DNA from: Trichoplax sp. H2
Lineage: Eukaryota
Direction: 5' to 3'
DNA: 64,000 bases
Assembly (NCBI GenBank): GCA_003344405.1
Contig: NOWV01000011.1
Location: 1-64,000 of the forward strand
Shown: piece after piece, positions 1-14,056 of the stretch
Layout of the letters: the number at the start of each line of letters is the position of its first letter
Numbering within the stretch: position 1 is the first letter of the stretch
Notes under the pieces: model-generated
Databases searched by the model: none
The model's input: the letters and a program-made list of their open reading frames with translations, nothing else
What the model was told of the DNA's origin: nothing
Program-made: the position numbers and the translations under genes

Positions 1-398
1 GCTAACATTTTATCAAGGTAGTCGAATGGAAACTTTATTGGCAATCGTCTGTTAGGAAATAAATGAAAGTCTTTGATTAATATCTTTTTGATTATCTCGT
101 AATCGGAGACAAGGGTTAATCGTTCAGTACCATAGAATAAGCCGACTACTTTTCCGTACTTTTTAGTGTAATACATATGAGCTAGATGTTGACCGCCTAG
201 TCGAGCAATTTCGGGTATATTGCCTAGAATAGGCCATGGTTTAGGTCCAGGTATGCCTAATTTGTCGAAATGTTGTAGTATAATGATATATTTGTAGTAG
301 AAGATGTAGATAATTAAAGCAGCAAATATAGCTACTAGAACTGCAGTAGAATGTATCTGCCAAATATCTTGTACACAGTTCAATAGATTAGATAGCAT
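1..398 (-). CDS. Cytochrome P450, clan 3 (CYP3/CYP5-like), N-terminal 132 codons; runs off the window edge
   Basis: Manual translation from ATG at 398: MLSNLLNCVQDIWQIHSTAVLVAIFAALIIYIFYYKYIIILQHFDKLGIPGPKPWPILGNIPEIARLGGQHLAHMYYTKKYGKVVGLFYGTERLTLVSDYEIIKKILIKDFHLFPNRR. It shows a signal-anchor helix, the Pro-rich hinge (LGIPGPKPWPILGN), KKYGKV and IKxILIKDFxxFxNRR, all typical of clan-3 P450s. Not in the ORF track because it is truncated. Confidence 0.9.
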   Translation of the reverse strand, partial: MLSNLLNCVQDIWQIHSTAVLVAIFAALIIYIFYYKYIIILQHFDKLGIPGPKPWPILGNIPEIARLGGQHLAHMYYTKKYGKVVGLFYGTERLTLVSDYEIIKKILIKDFHLFPNRRLPIKFPFDYLDKML

Positions 399-2287
399 CG
401 TTGTTGTACTAGTTCTTTCTTTCAGCTTGTAGACTTGTCAAGTATGTACTACCGGTACTTGATGAAAATTCGCATTCAATATACGTCTGGATACAAATTA
501 AACCACGTCTATAGGCTTTAAATAGAAGTGAAAAGCTTTCTTCATTCCAAATAAGAAAGGGAATTCGGTCATTGTCACTATGGCTACTGATGAGATTTGC
601 GCTTGCGTGTAATATAAATTTACTTAAAGAATTAAATTAAATTAATTGGACGTAACTGAAATTATAGTAAAAGATTTATTCCGAGATTGCCTTGAAAACT
701 TAATTTCGATCAATCATCATGACCACCGATCAATTACTGTACTGTATGATTTAAAGTACTGTAGTGGGAAATCTATTCCTTATTAGTAGAATACAGTAAT
801 GAGAAATACTTCTCTCTCTTTATAAAGTAAAAGAAAGACTCGAGTCTTATTCGGTTTACGATGAAAAATTATATATCTAGTAATGAAAGCCTAGTCAATT
901 GTATTGGAGTTGAGTAAATCATTATTGAACTTTTAGGAATCTATATAGTGACTCAACAACTACAAAAATATCTATTAAAAGCACTTTCTATACGTAACTG
1001 AAATGGAAATGAATTTTGAGTGTAATAATAGTGATTGAGTAAATAATAATACAGTATTTTAAAATTTATTTATCTAGTAGTAAGACTGGATAATAAAATA
1101 ACAAATTAGATAAATAAATTTGCGAAAGAAATGAATCCCGAAAAATTCAATGAAGATTAGTAAAGCAAAAGACTTTACTATAGTTTATAACACGTTCATA
1201 AGAAGCAAAAATTGCATTATGTTAAATTTCTGATTTGATGTCACGGCCAATAGTAAGTCTAATTTACACAATATTGTAATATAAGATAAGATAAGGCAAG
1301 GCATAACATCTATCGAACTTCAGACTTAAATAAACTCTCAACGTTAAATACACAGACAGAATGAAAATAGGATATTTACATGCACATTGAAAAACATTGA
1401 TAGATTAAAATGAAAATATATCGATATCGTCACTTCGGTAATTGCATTGTAAGACGGTAAGTAAAAGCCACAAGGTACATTATTTACAGAGATTACAATC
1501 CAACATAAGAAGTTTCATTGTCGATTAAACACTTAAAAATCAGAATAATTGGATATTTGTAGGTCGGTAGTTTTCCTATAGTACCTTGCATAAAAGTATT
1601 TTGCTCCGTAGGTTAATACTATAATACAAATCATATAATTACATTATCGACAATATCGGATGATCAATATTCAAAATAATGATATCAATTACGATATGAA
1701 AAACGATAAGATTGCTTAATGAATATTATAACATTACAACCAGCTTAACATCGAACTATATTAGAAATAATATTAAAATTCATTCTTATTATAGCATACA
1801 GTACGTGCAGGACATGCAGAATATGAAAAGAATTGTCCAAGCACTACTAAGGGTAAATTTATAAAATCGGAAACAATTCATTAATAGACTAACTCGTCAG
1901 TGCTAACAAAATAGTATAAAATCAATAAAGCGGTTGATGATATTTACTCCATCTTTTATGTATATAGCATATTAATAAGGTTATCTATAAATAATATAGA
2001 AGAAACACTAATGTCACATTCCAACTTCGCTACAATACTCCAATCCTATACCAACTTCCGCATTTATAAATTCATCTGCAGTTTTAGTTATTTCGCTTGC
2101 AGATGAATATGATAGCGTTCTTACAAACAATTAATATATGTTGAGTTGTATTGCATAAAATTTCAGGCTCTAATCATTTAAAAATTGTTGTAGACGAAAG
2201 TATAGCATCATTACAAAATAGATAAGGAGAATAAATCCATTTTTTCGGCTATTTAATTCGCAAAAATATTAATTTCGAAGTTTTTAG

Positions 2288-5200
2288 CTAGTAATAGACA
2301 TTATCTCTAATCCCATAACCATTTCTAAGGCGTTGTGTAGCTCGACTACCAGTATTCTTAGTATTTCTCCGAAAAGCAGCATGAGATGTTTTGCTTTGTC
2401 TACTTGTTGCCAGGAATGCATTCTTAGCATCTAAAACAATTTTACTGAACTCATTACTACTGTTAAGATCATATTTGCTATCCTGATAATTAATATTGCC
2501 CTTTGTGCCATTTGAAAAGTGTACGTTGTTGGGATGATTTACGTGGCGTGTATCACGTACACTTTGTCGACGATTCTTTGCATGCTTTTCACCAAACTTC
2601 ATAAATTGACTCGAAACCTTCATTTTGTTATGGTAGTCTATGATATACTTTGGAAATAGGCTCTTCTCATCGAATCGCCTCTTAATTTCATCTGTATAGC
2701 GTAAAATAAGGAGGAAAGTTGTAAAAGTAGGTTGGATCGAATGACTCAGTCCTTTCTATCAAATGTACTCTACGTACTGCTATTCTACGATTAAGCTGGA
2801 CTGGGCTAATGTCAAATTAGATGTATAATGCAAATATGTTGGAATAATATCTCCACTTCATAGAAGCTATTACACATCTATCATGCTTTAATATATATAT
2901 ATTACCAAATTATTAGATTACATCCGTAATTTATACCTTCTTGAAGTGGTATTTCTGGCAAAGTGAATTCACTGGAATCATTGCTCTTTTCACCAAAATA
3001 CTTCAATGGATTCTGTACAAAATCAGGCTTATGCAAAGTACCGACTCGATTTAAAGTGGGGCAATCTAGATACTGTCATTACAGAAAATAGTTAATAAAC
3101 AATGTTGAGTTCAATTACTTTAGGGATTAATTTAATTTATATGCATGTATCATAAACAATTAACCGTAAATAAGCGAGCTGTCACTTTGGCGCCAGCAGA
3201 CTTTTCACTCTGTAAAAATTGTATATTTTTAATTGGATGTGGTTGGCGTCTTTCGCGTCTTTGCGATCTACACCTTTGCACTGTTTTACCTGTCAAATAA
3301 TAATCTCCAATAAATTAGCTTAATATAAACGATCACTCTATATAATATCTTAGTGATATCATTATCTTTATATCATGCTAATTTTTTTAACCTAAAATTG
3401 TTGTATCCCAAGCATCGCCTTGATAATCTAAATCTTGATCTTCTTTCGATAATACAGATGCATCATCATCAAATATTTCTGGTACAGGCATAATAACTGA
3501 TTTGCTAGAGGATATTGAAGGTAAATCCAACGAGGTACTGGCGTCAGTATTGGGTTTTGCCTGATTGATAATTGAAAATTAATTTGTATTTAGAAGAAAA
3601 TTGAACTATTTAAAGATCATAGGATAGTGAATAACTCCACAATTGCAAGAAAACTGAAACGAGGTAACAATACTGATCCAGTCAATTAACACATAAATTA
3701 GAATCAATTCTAGTCCCTTTTTTGATTAGTCTATGCTGCTATTGATCGTTATCATCAAGCTTTTAATATTACTAAAAAAGAAGAAGTACTATTGGAGGAT
3801 ATTTCTGAAAATTCTAGGTGAATGAAATAATATTTACAACCGAACATAAACTATTTACTTTGATATATGAAGTTATATAAGGTGCCTTGCACTAGATTCT
3901 AGATAAATATGTATATATTTCAACATCATTAGAAAACAGATAAAAATCCTCTTGTCCGTGAATTAGCGAGCTATATTACAATTATTGGTAATGCTTACTT
4001 CATCATCTTTATCGTCGTCTGCATTGATTTCTTCCTGTTCTTCATCTGCTAATTCACGATATGTTCCTAATGACCAAACAGTTTCCTATACGATATTTAT
4101 ACATTTAAAATATTTACAATAATTATTATTTGATGCAACATCAAGAGAGTACAAAAGTTTTATAAACCAAACCAAATATTATTTGCCAGAGAATTTATCT
4201 TTGTACACTCTACATGCCATTCAAACTGAAAGGATAATTGATCAATTTCGTACATACTTGGCCAAACATTCCTATGTAGGTACCTTCTACATCCCATAAA
4301 GCTATACCACAGTCAGCAGAAGAGGTTAAGACATAGACGCGACGAGAATGGGCAAATAATTCAATACTACTGATGGTATCAACGTGAGGTTGAAATGAAC
4401 ATTTCATAGCTAATTTGTGTTAGAAAAATATAGAGTAAATAATTTGTATTCAAGCATGTAATAAAGGAAGTAATCCCTTAATATACGCTATTCATTCTGC
4501 ACAACTTACGTGGAGGCTCTGTCGTAAATCCTTGTTTGCCAGTGCAATAATTGGCAATATTCCAAATCTTAATCATTCCATCGAGATCACCAGTAGCCAA
4601 GTAATGATTAGAAGGATCTATCCCCATGTTGGCAATTTTTGCTATTTTCACAAAAGTTAAAGATTATGTAAGATTCTAACTTTCAAAATCACAGATTCAT
4701 AATTCTAGGTTAAAAATTGAGTAAATGAATTATAGAAAGAAATACAAACCATGTGGATGTGAAATAAATTCCCCTCGTAAATCGGCAGTCGAAGATGACC
4801 AGAACCGAACCTGTAAAATTTCATAGTTATCACTTATATTAAACTTATTTGAGTATTTAAATTCTTCGACATATACGAGACGGAATTTTACAGCCTAACA
4901 AGATTGTGCAAGTGCCAAATTTTAATATTATTACCCAAGAATAACGTCCGCAAGAGACTAGATCAGCGCCTTCGGTACCAACGCGCTTTTCCAAAAAGGA
5001 CAATTTAGCAATAGCAAATTCCGAAATTTCATCCTATGAAATGTTTCTATAGTTACTATGTGCATTGCGAATTTGTTACTACGATAATATCGGGCTCTGA
5101 TACGCTGTATATAATTTGAAGTTTCACTTAACAGTATCACAGTAATGTTGCTTTATGATTACTCCAACTTATACAATTAAGAAAATCGCCTACTCTTCAT

Positions 5201-8200
5201 GGTTAGCATGGATTAAATACCTCATCATCTTCAGTAACTTTAGCTAAAAATTCTTCATATGCAGTTTTAGAATGGACCGGTTCACCCTGAGCAGTATCCA
5301 GAACCATACCCGCGTTCTACATTTCATAAAGTTTAAATTTAAAAACCTTAGCGAACTCATATCTGGATGCTCGTTGTAAGGAACAAAAATCGCGTATTAG
5401 TTACCGTTATTGCTTTTTCCTTATCTAACTGAACTTTCCTCTGCTGCAGTAGTTTGATCGTATTCGCACGACGTCTGATATTGATTTTCTTACACCGCTG
5501 ACGTAAATGTTTAACAAAATTTTCGCTATTTGCATTCCATATAATAATCTCTCCATCATAACTTGCGGTCGCCATTAGACTAGGAGGGCAATAGGCACAA
5601 ACCAAAATATCATCTGAATGTTCCTGTAGAATTATTTCAAGAACAATATTATGAAAAACTGGATATTTGTATTGCACACTAATTTAGGTGATATTAGAAT
5701 GAAGTTAGATAGCTATCACGTATTGGTGATTTGACACAATTATACATGATATTTTTTACTCTTTGATATAAATATGGTATTATGTACAGTTTTTGTATTA
5801 ATTTGTGCTATTTCGTGTTAACTTCATGAGAATATTTCAGTAAAACCACGCCCTTCGAGCTCATGTTATATTGATAACCTTTATCATTTATTTTTCGTAT
5901 GTAGTTTTCAATATTTTAAATTATATATTAGCTACCGTAACATATTCGGATGGAAGTAATCATTTAGTGTATAAAGGAGTAGTATTAAAAGGTCAATCAT
6001 TTATATATTTAATCACAACTGTATCATTTAAATTAATTAAAAGTATTAGTAATTCCTGGTGCAACCTGAGTTCTAGGTTTAGGCGTATTAATTTACCTGG
6101 CCTCCTCTCCAGTCAGATGGTTCGACATAGTAAGAAAACATTTGGTTACTCCTGAAGACCGTAATATATCTATGAAATGATGAGAGAGAAATACCAATTA
6201 TACAGCATATACTATACGCTTACATGCAATTATAGCTGATATTCTACATCGTATCTTACCTACATATTATTTATTTGTAATTTTTTTATATCATTTCGAA
6301 TCAAATTCTCATTAAAATGATATCTACCTTTCCCATCCGATAACAATAGTTTTACGTGGCATAACTTGAATTTGGCTAACATCGATTGGTGATCCGTTGG
6401 CTGGTACCAGTAGATTTGAACATTGTCCATTGAAATCCCAAACTTTAATTATGCCATCAACACTAGCTGTCAATATTTTCATGGAATATTGATCGAGTGT
6501 CATAGCGGTCACTTCGGCATCATGGGTGCTAGTGAATTGTTTTACACGTTGCCCATTATCTAGGCGCCATATATTAATATCGCCATCATGGCACACGCTT
6601 ATAACCTATGCAATGGTGCAAAAATAAATGGAAAATTCTATTATTACTGTCTATGAGCAGTCACAAGAAGGTATAGAAATCATATATAGCAGCTAATAAC
6701 ATTAACAACTTAATTTGGGGGTATACCTAAAGATATAGAAAGATAATCATAACGCTAAGTCAAATATCACTATCGCATTTCTGATACTAGGCAAAGGAAC
6801 AGGCTTAAAATTAGGTTTGTTCTATTTACCTGGTTATATTTGGCACAATATGTGGCTCGAATAACGGGTTTGTTATGACTCATTACTCGATCTTTCAGCT
6901 CGATTTTAACTTCCATTACGGAAAACTATTTTTACGAAATTTAAAGAAAAAAGGTTAAAAATTTGGGCTACATATCTTAAGTAAAATAAAATTTCATTAC
7001 ATAGTAAAAAATTTTGTAACCAAGTAAATATGAAAAGCTATAAATAAGAATATTTACCTGATTATTAAATGCAGAATATAGACGATGGCGCACTTCATCA
7101 TAGTACAATGTGCTTTGAACTGGACCCAGGTTATAAATCAATTATTTATAAGTAATCTGTTAGCTCTGATATTACCCTTTAATAATTCTTATGTCCGCAA
7201 TCATTTAAAGCTAGGTATACCTTCAGGTCCTTTTGGAAATACACCAGTCAATCTTTGTATGCAAATTTGCAATTGGGTATCCCAAATACGAAGTACCTTC
7301 AAGTAAATACAAGAACTCATCTTCAATGACTTCACTGCTTGATATGTATGTATGCATAGCTGTAAATAATAACTTATCTACGCTAATGCCGTCGAAAATA
7401 CGAAAGAAAGTAAACTACCTAATATTTAGTCATTGAAATATTTTTCAAGCTAATATCAAACTATTAGTGTAACATCCTAAATATTCAAGTCTACCTTATC
7501 CTTCGAAAGGCTAATCAATTGACCTTTTGAACAGTTGAAAATTACATGTACTACGCTTGCCATGTGCCCAACTAGTAACTAAATTATAACAAAGAGTATA
7601 ATAATTAGCCGATTGTTAGCTACATTCCAAAATAGAATAGTATGAACAACTTTTTCTATTACTACGAAAGTACAATTACAGTGGCATAATCATACCCCAA
7701 CAGGTTTTGATATAACATAGGGGTTCCATAAACAGACTTGATAATTAACACCCGCTGTAGCTATAGTAACAAATCAGGAATCAGACATGAAATGATAAAT
7801 AAGTAAAACTGTAAGAACAATCATGAAAGCAGATCACGACAATTTTGTTTTAAGGGATTGTTTTAAAGCTTATACCGATCAGATTCAAGTCGGAACTATA
7901 GTCAAAGGAATTGACGCCTTGTGATATATGAAATGCAGTTCTAATAAAGAAAATAACACAAAAATGTTATTCCTACATATGGACATATGGATTAATAGTA
8001 ACCACGTTACAAAACAAAATTACCAACACTATTATCCATAAATAAAACTATAGTATTAAGAATTGGTTTATTAAAAAGTTACTTACGTCCTCATAACAGA
8101 ACTTGATTTCTCAATCCAGCCCAAAACTAATGAATTCTTCTCCGTGGTAGCACATGATATGAAACAGTCTAAATGCTCTGCGTATTTAACTGCGTTAAAA

Positions 8201-11200
8201 AATGTAATAGTTAGAAAACGATAAGTAAGGCTGATCTAGCTTAGTAAGTGATAGTTCTAAAATATTGTATGAATATGAATTTCATTGATAAACTCAATAC
8301 AACGATCTCAAAATAGAGCGATAGTAAATTGGTTACCTTGCCTAACCCAATCATCATGGCCATGATGATGGACTAATCTTACATTTTTAAATACACCTTT
8401 CTTAATTTCCTTCAGTGTTAATTGGAGGCATGGATCTTAATATATATGCGATTAAACCAAATTACAGATTGTTTTATTTTAATAGGAATAAACGGTACTA
8501 TTTTATTCTGATAAAGAATTGGCAATCGTCAAATTTCAACGTACAATCTTAAATAAAATAGCGATTATCATACGGAAGCATTTTAAAATCAATTAGCGTT
8601 TATTCCAACGAAAAACAAGAATCATCTTACCTTGCTGTTGATTTCCTGGTTGAGAAGGTCGGTCAAATAGTGAAATTGAAGCAGATGAAAAGACAACTGC
8701 GTTAATCATACCGGAAACATCTCCCCACGCTAGTATAAGATCATCATTATTAAATCGACTATTCCTGAAATAGGCAAACAACGAATTATAATCGATTTCA
8801 ATGAGGATTCTACATATTTATAGACTCTAAACCAACCAAAAATCCAAACATAACGGAATATGATCCAAGCCTTGGATAACATAAACGCAGCTAAAATCTG
8901 ACTTGGGATTTAAATCATAAATACCTAAAAATAATTATTTAAGTGTAAGTAACAAGACCTAGAATAGGTGATCAACCATACGTTACCTAGCATTTATAGA
9001 GTTTGTTTTTGAGATACTAGACAAACTACAGCTATATATAATAAGGATTAATAATAATAATAACCTATTTCTTTGCTAGTAAAGGCTATTGCAATTTTAT
9101 TAACTTTGTGCATTGGAACATAATGTATCACCCATAAATCCTTAGATTTAACTGCACTGGGTAGTTGAACCTATCGTCGTTAGAAATTAAATGACACCAA
9201 AGCAGTTCAGATTAGAAGATCTTAAGTGCTGCATTAAATATGTAACGCTAGTTAGCTACGTATTGAAAACAGATAATGTTCATTAAGAAATTGATTACCT
9301 TAAAGCTACGATGCATTTTATTATTAAGTTCCCACATACACAAGTGTCCTTCCTATTTATACGTAGAACCACCATTATAACAAAAAATTTTTTAACTAAT
9401 TACCAATAACCTCAAAGTCTACCAAGCCTTTTAGAACTTAATTGGATCGGTAATCGTAATAATTTATTACTTACCCTGCTAATAGTAATGTAGCGATGAG
9501 GATTACGTAACGCATCTATTCTTACGATAGTATCACGATGAGGGCTATGTAAAATGTACAGTCAACAAAAATCAGGCTATATTACAATTTTGAAAAAGTA
9601 CACACGTAGAAGCCATGATTACTTAAGAAATAGGAACATATATGTAATTATTGTTATTAAATTGAATAATCTACTAATACTTACGTCCAGATATGTTTAT
9701 TTTCTTTCCATTGTGGAATCTACACCGAATTAACATGATTAAATAGTAGGTAGGATAAGTTAGCAATTCTGAAAGAGTTTCGTTAATATAAATTTCGAAG
9801 TTCTTTTTTAGGCGATTAATCATCTGATCTTGATATATAAAGTAACTTGAAGTTCATGTATAATAATGAGTAAATCACATTCAAGTTGTAATATAGTCCT
9901 GTTGATAACTACAAAAATTTTTATGCTGTACAATGTACATAGTAGGTATTGCAAGTGCTTTTATTTACCTGAGCAACCTTAATCTTATCATCCTTTTCAT
10001 AGCATTGTAGTAATATATGTGAACATAACTTATCCTATATAAGAAATTATAAAATGAAAATTTAGTCTTATATAGATTCGAAAAAATTACGTCGCGTTAA
10101 TTCAGTTATCCCATATGGTAGCATCACTGGTTTATTCTGATCCTTTACAGTAAGATTATTTTTACATATTTTATTTCGTAATTACCCAATCAATATAGCC
10201 TTCATTAGTGGCGTCTATTTTTTGAAAGAGTTCTTCGTACTATTGGCATAAAAGCGAAAACTTTCTTAGTCGTCTTATGAAACATTTACTACTTTGCTAT
10301 ATCCTAAGTTGTAATGCCCATTTTCAATTGCCAAAAGAGTCAAAAAATAATCAAACACTATAAAAATGGTAACAAAATTTAAATATATCTATAAATTTTC
10401 AAACGTATAAAAAACACTTATAACCTCCGTTTGTGAGCCTTTATCCTTAAGCACCACGTTCATGACATGACAAAATTGATTCACATTTAGGCGTAATTGC
10501 CTCTTAATGCCATCTTCAGTATTAATCTAAATTATTATCAACAAGAATAAACTATCAATACTTCAAATATAATGAATATAATTTCTGACCAAAAAAGTAG
10601 TCAGCTTAGATATATCATAACTAATGATAGCCACCCAACACATTTCTGATCATGGTGGCTTATATGAAAAGAAAATAACATGCGCGCATTAAAATTTTAT
10701 TAGTTAGCTATAAGGCATGGATCATTGATTAGTCGTAATTTCCCCATTTCAAGTAAATATACATATATTTGGAGATAGTAACATCGACATTACAAGAATA
10801 ATTACAACACTAACTGATTTAGTTACAATACGCATAAATGTTATTCATCGATTGGGATCACTTAGTCCAGATCACTACAATTTACTATATTAATAAGTCC
10901 TATATTCTTGTTGGATTTAATCGTAAACTTTTAAGTAATCAACAAAATAAGCCCGGGAGTTATTGGTCGTGGTTACTAAATAGCGATCATGTTGTATTAT
11001 CTTATATAATTCTACAGAGTATTCGAATAGAGTAATAAACAATAAAAATTTTTAGTAACGTGTTTAGAGCTATAGTATTCCACTAATCTTTTCAAATACC
11101 ATACAAACTCTTACATACTTGTATAATGACGGTCATTTAATTCTTACTAGTTAATTATTACTGTTTCGTGTATTGGTATAGTGCATTACAAGGCATGCGA

Positions 11201-14056
11201 GCATTGCTCTACAATTCGTTAATAAGCTTAGCATATACAAATACAAACGTACTGTATATTATTATAAACATATTGTAGTGATGACTAATAAGTCTATTAT
11301 ATACGAGTACAAATGTACTATGTATTATTACATATATAGTATATTGTACGTACCGATTCTATTCTAATGCGTAGCATCATTTATTTTGACGAAAAAGCAT
11401 TTTAACCACTTTAACTAATTGTTATCATTTGTAATCATTGCTAGTTTGATTAAATATGGCATTTATTGCTGTAATGTATATTAAAACGGAATATTTATGA
11501 TGTAAGTCAAAATATTAACAATATAAAAGCAATATTATAGCAAAAACTGTAATGTTCAATCATCAAATCGTCAAGATAAGATTGACTTGTAATACTGTAT
11601 CAAGCCAATTTTATTTACACCTACCTTTACTCGATAAAAATTAAACATTGTTATTAAGATAGATTCATTTCTCTTACTAATTCAATATTTCACTGTGTGA
11701 ATAATCACCTTTGTTCTAGTCATTAACTCAATTACGTCAATTCTCTATTAATCTACTGTGCTAAATGCCTAGAACATAAATGGTGAATGTTTGTTTTTTG
11801 TCGTTATGCTGTAGAATTGACCATCTATACTATGATGCACGTATAATATTATCACGACAATAAAAAGCAAGTAATTATTACAATTGGCTGCTTATGCTAG
11901 TAATTAGAATACCGTTAGAGCTGCTTCGATTAATTCTAAATCATGTGTATGCAAGCGATTTTCTAATTTGGTCTTGAAGGCCTGCTGCTGTCTCGATTTC
12001 CTTTAATAAAAGATTTAGCATCAATTAAAATCGAAGATTAACTCTAAAACTAACTAATGTTTGGCTTTTCATATCGTAGTTACATGTAAAAATAATAAAA
12101 ATATTACAAGAAATTATACGATTTTGCCCTGTTGTCATTTTAATTTAGTGCAATTAATGAAAACATATGTAATTTATTTTAGAATTAGTCAAATGATATC
12201 CCTTACAAATAAAAAAAGACTATAATAATTATTATTATCCTAGCAAACCTATAAGGTACAGTAGATTAGCTTGTATGCGAGTATACATCCTATCCACCTT
12301 GATTTATAGTACGTATTTCACAAAATCAGCACGTTAAAGGATTGTTATGGTTTCTGTACATTAATTTCGTACATAAATCCATTTATCTACTCTAGAATAC
12401 TAAATTAAATTACCGTATATTATTCATGAAAAAATTAAACTGAGATCAACTTTTGTATTTTCGTGATTATCATTATTATGAAACCATTGTATACGAAAAA
12501 TTGCAATCTACAATATACTGTTGAATTAGTAGAATTTTGCCCCTTTAAATTTAACCTATCGTAATCTCGACAGCATTCTATTCATACTATAGCTTAACGT
12601 TTTTGATGCAATGATTCTCTACTGTAATGAAACAGTATGTTTCCCAAGAGAAGTGAATGATTTGATTTAAAAAGAGCGCAATGTAATGCCTCAACTATAT
12701 TTTCACCGGTAAAATGAATTTTAAGCTATTGTGGCTAATAAACAAACTAATAAACCAATAAATGACTAATAAACATGCGGTGACTGAAGTTTAGTGCACC
12801 TTAAATTAACATTAGTTAAATTTTGTTGAAATAAGATTCTGGGGGTAGTCTTCCACGTTATAAAACAACGTTCGTACGTAAAGTAGGTATCATTTTAGTA
12901 ATTGTAAAAGCATTTGGATGCATTTAGCTAGTTCAGATCCGGCTGGTATTAGCTATTTCAAAGTTAAAAAGCATTCTAGTAAACTAAACATTCGAAAGCC
13001 TTTCAAAGTTCTTGTAAACGATTATATTAAGGATTCAACATTGAAGTATTAAAATTTAAAGCTAATAATCCACATGTCAGACTCATTGAAATTTGAAAAT
13101 ATGTATGATCACGCTCGATTTCATGTGCGATAGTAGTGATAACATCATATGTAGAATGATTTCTTTTCCACATAATTTGTACAGTAGACATGTAGTGCTA
13201 ACACAGTCATTTTTAACTATATCCGACCAACCCCGATGATTGCCTACTGGACCCTAATGCAATAGTATAACGAATGTAAATTAAACCTTGTAGTGTAATT
13301 CCAAGTGCAATCTTTTCAACGTATTGATAGTATCACATTAAAAAGCCTAAGATTTAAGTGAGAAATATTTTCCCTCTACTATATCTTCACAACTAAATCA
13401 CTATGATATGAATGTGTAAGTACCATCATTGATGTGTAATAAATGCTATATCAATCTTTAGCGATTTTATATACCATGGCTATGTTACTATACAAATATT
13501 AGATGTTGAATTTAATATAACTTGTTATAACATCCTATCATACTTTTAATTGGCGAATAAGATTTTAACTTTAATTTCCTTTCTATGTGTACAACGTCGT
13601 GTTCACTAGTAGGGGCTAAGAATTACTGCATTCAAAAAAAAGTGCTGGAAATAATTGAAGATAGTGTAGTAAAATATAGAATAGATTAATTTTTTTAGAC
13701 AGTATATAATTTGTTTTATGCTAGTTGAAAGTCAGTCTGTCTTAATTTGTGAATTATTATCGTGGTATACTGTACACGTATACCTTTATCATGCACGATA
13801 GTTGAAGTAGTTGTGTTAAACTTACTATAACTATCGATTAAAGTATGATTGAAAAAGAAATTGAAATATGTTAAAGTTACAAATTATTTTCATGCCTTTA
13901 TACAACGTCCTGCTGGATAAAAGGGTTACACACTTTTAATTGTAGTTAATCACGGTCGATGTCCTATTACCGCAGTAGACCTTACCTGCGTCCTTTATTA
14001 TTATTAGCTGCGCTGATTCGAATATGTTCCGTTAACGTCAAGAGAGAATCTGCCAT
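2288..14056 (-). CDS. WDR49: WDR49/CFAP337 (WDY-like) EF-hand + WD40 repeat protein, multi-exon (more than 25 exons)
   Basis: Exon 1 MADSLLTLTEHIRISAANNNKGR (ATG 14056, GTAAG donor 13985) splices in phase to 11913-12000 (KSRQQQAFKTKLENRLHTHDLELIEAALT). It continues with EF-hand-like YEELFQKIDATNEGYIDW, then WD40 exons (HDAEVTAMTLD..ILTASVDGIIKVWDFNG; HSDDILVCAYCPPSLMATASYDGEIIIWN; GADLVSCGRYSWVRFW; VLTSSADCGIALWD). Last exon 2288-2691 ends in TAG. Domain order matches WDR49/WDR64. Confidence 0.8.

Noticed and set aside
4927-5032. Suspected frameshift in a WDR49 exon
   Set aside because: Recounting the A-run gives an intact frame (DEISEFAIAKLSFLEKRVGTEGADLVSCGRYSW); the track ORF is simply another frame.
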